From: Octopus sinensis
Taxonomy: Eukaryota
Length of the DNA: 10,828 nt
Direction: 5' to 3'
NCBI RefSeq assembly: GCF_006345805.1
Contig: NW_021827238.1
Location: forward strand, 1-10,828
Shown here: positions 7,130 through 10,828 of the stretch, one piece after another
Layout: each line of letters starts with the position of its first letter
Position numbering within the stretch: the stretch's first letter is position 1
The notes under the pieces: generated by a model
What the model saw: only the letters and a program-made list of their open reading frames with translations
Databases searched by the model: none
Told to the model about the DNA's origin: nothing
Made by a program: the position numbers and the translations under genes

Positions 7130-7316
7130 GGGAGGGTTTATGAAGAAAACAAAAGACGAAGACAGGTGGTGTACAAAACAAACAGATGTATTAGTATAAC
7201 GCTCAGGAATAGAAAAAGTCTTTTACGTTTCGAGCCTACGCTCTTCTACAGAAAGGGACACAGAAAAAAACAAGGAGAGAAAAAATGTTGTAGTGGCTAA
7301 CGATCTGTCATGGGAC
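7130..7316 (-). mobile_element. Short element embedded in (TA)n, probably a Penelope-like-element / retrozyme-type terminal fragment
   Basis: Complex sequence flanked by (TA)n on both sides (7089-7129, 7317-7338) and carrying a minimal hammerhead-like motif. The family assignment is inferred from that motif. Confidence 0.5.
7218..7259 (-). ncRNA. Minimal type I hammerhead ribozyme-like motif with variant core
   Basis: Minus strand GUCCCUUU-CUGUAGA-A-GAGC-GUAG-GCUC-GAAA-CG-UA-AAAGAC. Stem I CUUU/AAAG, extendable GUC/GAC across a bulge; stem II GAGC/GCUC; palindromic loopless stem III ACGU. One core deviation (A6 to U). Confidence 0.6.
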
Positions 7317-7341
7317 TATATATATATAATATATATAATCT

Positions 7342-7342
<1 letters not shown>

Positions 7343-7374
<32 letters not shown>

Positions 7375-7570
7375 TTGTGTGTGTGTGTGTGTATGTATGG
7401 TATGTATGTATGAATGTAGTATGTATTGTATGTATGTATGTATGTATGTATGTATGTATGCTGTATGTATGTATGTATGTATGTATGATGTATGTATGTA
7501 TGTATTATGTACGTGCGTATGCATGTATGTATGTATGTATGTATGTGTATGTATGTATGTATGTGTGTGT
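7343..7570. repeat. (TG)n and (TATG)n microsatellite
   Basis: Direct reading of the sequence. Confidence 0.95.
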
Positions 7571-7578
7571 TTCTTTAG

Positions 7579-7735
7579 GTTTGCCCACTCGGCTGCCGCT
7601 TGACAACAAGTGCTGGATTACCTACATCCTGTGAGGTAGCGGTTCGGTAAATGAGATCGATACAGTAATTCCCAGACTTAAAATAAGTTCTGGGTCTATT
7701 TGCTTGACTAAACCGGTGGCACCCAAAGTGGGCGG
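7579..7735 (+). mobile_element. SINE family A, diverged 3' half
   Basis: gcttgacaac..gtgctgg ... tagcggttcgg.aaa.gaga.cgata ... aataagt.c.ggg..ctatttgct.gactaaa matches about 5637-5795. Confidence 0.7.
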
Positions 7736-7807
7736 TATTGCACCCCTGGGGGCGGTAGAAACTTCCGAGGAACATTGATGAAAAGTGAGGCGATAATGGG
7801 GTAGCGA

Positions 7808-8225
7808 AAGGCGGGGAGCTGGCAGAAACGTTAGCACGCAGGGCGAAATGCTTAGCGGTATTTCGTCTGCCGCTACGTTCTGAGTTCAAATTCCGCCGAG
7901 GTCGACTTTGCCTTTCATCCTTTCGGGGGTCGATAAATTAAGTACTAGTTACGCACTGGGGTCGATGTAATCGACTCAATCCGTTTGTCTGTCCTTGTTT
8001 GTCCTCTCTGTGTTTAGCCCCTTGTGGGTAGTAAAGAAATAAGTATTTCGTCTGCCGTTACGTTCTGAGTTCAAATTCCGCTGAGTTCGACTTTGCCTTT
8101 CATCCTTTCGGGGTCGATAAATTAAGTACCAGTTACGCACTGGGGTCGATGTAATCGACTCAATCCGTTTGTCTGTCCTTGTTTGTCCTCTCTGTGTTTA
8201 GCCCCTTGTGGGTAATAAAGAAATA
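7808..8225 (+). mobile_element. SINE family B homodimer (7808-8042 full; 8043-8225 5'-truncated) with 16-bp TSD
   Basis: tRNA-like head (TGGCAGAAACG; GAGTTCAAATTCC) and central CCTTTCATCCTTTCGGGGTCGATAAATTAAGTAC resembling the Deu/Nin SINE core as I recall it. Perfect TSD GATAATGGGGTAGCGA at 7792-7807 and 8226-8241. Confidence 0.95.
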
Positions 8226-8420
8226 GATAATGGGGTAGCGATTCATGTAAAAACGACAAAATAATGGGTTCGCTAGGTTAAGTTTTATTTGTGAAATACA
8301 GTTGCTCTGAATTTGCTTCAGAAAGAGGTCTATGTTTGTGATGGTTTGTTGAGTTGGGGGTGCTAGGAACGTGACCTGGGTATCAAGGAGGCGGCCACCC
8401 GAAAAACTTTGAGAACCGTT

Positions 8421-8475
8421 GGACTAAACTTTTGAGGCGGTACCCCAGCATGACCGCAGTTTAAGTAAAAAAAAA
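8421..8475 (+). mobile_element. SINE family A 3'-end fragment
   Basis: gactaaa...ggcggtaccccagcatgaccgcagt..aagtaaaa matches the tail region 6090-6143. Confidence 0.6.
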
Positions 8476-8872
8476 GGCGATCTTTCGGTACAAGTACCAT
8501 AACTGCCAAGTCTGTTTGTTTACATTTGAAGAACAAGATCGTCACTTTCCGTTAAGTTTTTTTTTTTATATATATGTGGGATTAGGGTTAGGGGTGGGAG
8601 AAAAGGGTTTCTTTTTTCTTCAGAAATGTAAATAAACCCACGTGAGTTTATTATTGGCAGTTATGGTACTTGTACTGAAAGATCGCCAAAGAAAAGATAA
8701 AAACCTTCTTGATCTTAAATCGGTGCCTCCGAATGCTTCCTCACAAATACTACATGGCTCTTAATATTTATAACTGAATCGTGATTTTTTTGTTTAAAAC
8801 AAAAATGAATTTGAAAAGACGAAAGGAGATTCAAGTACTTGAAACAGTTTCTTTCATAAGTTCCACTCAGAT

Positions 8873-9260
8873 TTAACATTTTATCATCCAAACCGACCAT
8901 ATCTGGCCGAACTGTCCTACTTGTTTTATGCTCAAACTGGCCAGATCCGGCGTGTCACACATACCCTACAACGTCCTTCTAAAAATAAGCAATCTCATTG
9001 TGAAAATCCCAAGCTACAGGATAATGCATGATTAATTGAAAACAATCCTTACTACTATCGGCACAAAGCCTGAAATTTGGGGGGAGGAGGGCCAGTGGAT
9101 TAGATCAACCCCAGTACGCAACTGGTACTTAATTTATTGATCTACGAAAGGCTGAAAGGCAAAGTCGAACTCGGTGGGATTTGAACTCTGATTAATTGAA
9201 AATGATGTGAATAAATAAGCATTACTTTTGACAGAGTAATTATGAATGCTAAAGAGTTTA
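8873..9260. mobile_element. Degenerate TTAA-type (piggyBac-like) MITE interrupted by a SINE
   Basis: Left end TTAA-CATTTTATCATC versus reverse-complemented right end TAAA-CTCTTTAGCATT (8/12 TIR match). Non-coding, AT-rich, and similar to an octopus MITE I recall (unverified). Confidence 0.5.
9047..9188 (-). mobile_element. 5'-truncated SINE family B (second tail type), inverted, with 18-bp TSD
   Basis: Reverse complement GAGTTCAAATCCCACCGAGTTCGACTTTGCCTTTCAGCCTTTCG...AATTAAGTACCAGTTGCGTACTGGGG...CCCCAAATTTCAGGCTTTGTGCC matches about 10049-10176. TSD 9029-9046 and 9189-9206 (16/18). Confidence 0.9.
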
Positions 9261-9757
9261 GACATCGAGACAGATTCCTGTAAGGAAAAAAGACAAAAAG
9301 CTTTTAGTCAAAAGGAAACGCAGGGCTCATGATTCTTGAGGGTGTTCAATAGAGGGAGCTACTGTTGTGATCAACGGGGAGTGGAGAAGTGAGTGATATG
9401 AATGGATTGAGTTAGAGATAGGTATTGTTATAGGAGAAACGAGAGAAGAAGAAACGGGGGGCGGTGCGTAGCTGGACGATGGAAAAGGGGTCGAAGTGGG
9501 TTAGTGGATTAAAGGATTTCTCGCTATCGTGTGAGCGGGTTACGTTTTTGAGGTTTCGGTGCAGTATGTGTGTGTGTACATGTGTATGTGTGCGTGTGTG
9601 GTGTACATGGTGTGTCACATATTTGAACGTGCTCAGAGATGGAAATGTTTTTACATTGTAGAATGCCTATTCCTATTGTTTAGACAAACTGAAGACAATC
9701 TCTTTGACATGAAGCTGTGGTTATTCCATTTACAAATGCTCAACGTAAAAAGACGTC

Positions 9758-10188
9758 AAGGCGGCGAGCTGGCAGAAACGTTAGCACGCCGGGCGAAATG
9801 CTAAGCAGTATTTCATCTGCCGTTACGTTCTGAGTTCAAATTCCGCCGAGGTCGACTTTGCTTTTCATCCTTTCGGGGTCGATTAAATAAGTACCAGTTA
9901 CGCACTGGAGTCGATGTAATCGACTTAATCCGTTTGTCCGTCCTTGTTTGTCCCCCCTGTGTTTAATCCCTTGGGGGCAATAAAGAAATAAGAAACTTTA
10001 GCGCGCCGAGCGAAATGTTTAGAGGTATTTCGTCTGTCCTTGTGTTCTGAGTTCAAATTCCACCGAGGTCGACTTCACCTTTCATCCTTTCGGGGTAGAT
10101 GAATTAAGTACCAGTTGCGTACTGGGGTCGATGTAATCGACCGGCTCCTTCCCCCAAAATTTTGGGCCTTGTGCCTAGAGTGGAATAG
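9758..10188 (+). mobile_element. SINE family B heterodimer (9758-9990 tail type 1; 9991-10188 tail type 2)
   Basis: Monomer 1 matches 7808-8042. Monomer 2 restarts at AGAAAC.TTAGC and ends in the CCCCAAAATTTTGGGCCTTGTGCC tail. Probable TSD AACGTAAAAAGACGT (9742-9756) / AATGTAAGAAGACGT (10189-10203), 13/15. Confidence 0.9.
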
Positions 10189-10260
10189 AATGTAAGAAGA
10201 CGTAAATGGGGTGAGTGGGGGGCGCCAGCACTTGCTTGTGTCTACCCGTATCTATGCATG

Positions 10261-10663
10261 TATTTAAGAGAGTTGTGTGAATTCATGACCCTCTCTTCGC
10301 GATGAAAGCGTCAACCGCAAAGCCAAAGCTACAAATGCTTTTGGTTAATTTCGCCACATCTAATGAGAAACAAAACCAAGTGTCTGTCAATGCTCTGTCC
10401 TTTCTACTCTCTTCTATCGATCGCAGTCTTGGTTACCCGGTCCATCACATATCAACAAGCTTCATGTCTTACAAAAGCTAGATGTCGGACTATTTGTGGG
10501 TACTTTTTTTTTTCAACGAGAGAATTTTGAATAATGACGAGTTTTCTAAATGAAGCGCTGACGGCATTGAATCCTTTCTTTTGCAATCCTAATTAACAAT
10601 GGACTCGTCTTGGCGTCAGAATGAGTGACAGCAGAATTCCAAAAGTCATGCATAACAAGCTCA
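10261..10663 (+). mobile_element. Decayed RTE-clade LINE ORF2 fragment (region just C-terminal to the RT core)
   Basis: From 10301: DESVNRKAKATNAFG*FRHI**ETKPSVCQCSVLSTLFYRSQSWLPGPSHINKLHVLQK; from 10597: QWTRLGVRMSDSRIPKVMHNKL. These follow the RTE pattern RIAKA..AFG / TK..VY...VL.TLLYG.E.W / LRW.GHV.RM...RIPK. Contains stops and frameshifts. Confidence 0.8.
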
Positions 10664-10671
10664 TTATGAGT

Positions 10672-10759
10672 TTGTGTGTGTGTGTGTGTTTTTGTGTGTG
10701 TGTGTGTGGTGCACAAACATGTATGTTATGTATGTGTTTGTGTGTATAATATATATATA

Positions 10760-10792
<33 letters not shown>

Positions 10793-10818
10793 ATGTATGT
10801 ATGTATGTATGTATGTAT
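10672..10818. repeat. (TG)n / (TA)n / (TATG)n microsatellite
   Basis: Direct reading of the sequence. Confidence 0.95.
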
Positions 10819-10828
10819 ACAACGAAAG

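Noticed and set aside
8385-8421. GAAAAACTTTGAGAACCGTTG resembling a hAT/Charlie-type terminus
   Set aside because: No matching left terminus or 8-bp TSD was found; too short to support.
8582-8593. (TTAGGG)2 telomere-like motif
   Set aside because: Only two units; insufficient for an interstitial telomere and probably part of a repeat fragment.
8715-9278. Strong minus-strand acceptor (TTTTTTCCTTACAG, about 9279) whose frame stays open if the MITE is removed
   Set aside because: The reconstructed peptide resembles nothing I recognise, the donor is ambiguous, and the reconstruction depends on uncertain MITE boundaries.

Overview
Eukaryotic, repeat-dominated, mostly non-coding DNA. It is most likely an octopus (coleoid cephalopod) intronic region, judged from SINE families I recognise by eye and the dense TA/TG/TATG/ACC microsatellites; no database search was run. 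Nearly all ORFs in the supplied track are microsatellite or SINE translations. Supported content: three tRNA-headed SINE families (my labels A, B, C), several as head-to-tail dimers, two of them inside target-site duplications; a TTAA-type MITE interrupted by an inverted SINE; a decayed RTE-clade LINE ORF2 fragment; 26-bp and 21-bp minisatellites; a 68-bp hairpin element; and one plausible minus-strand coding exon (3410-3500) with a possible in-frame next exon starting at 3062, both missed by the ORF track. The most notable signals are a minimal type I hammerhead-ribozyme-like motif with a variant core (minus strand, 7218-7259) in a TA-embedded Penelope-like element, the recurrent SINE dimers, and a speculative resemblance of the candidate exons to a degenerate class III nucleotide cyclase.
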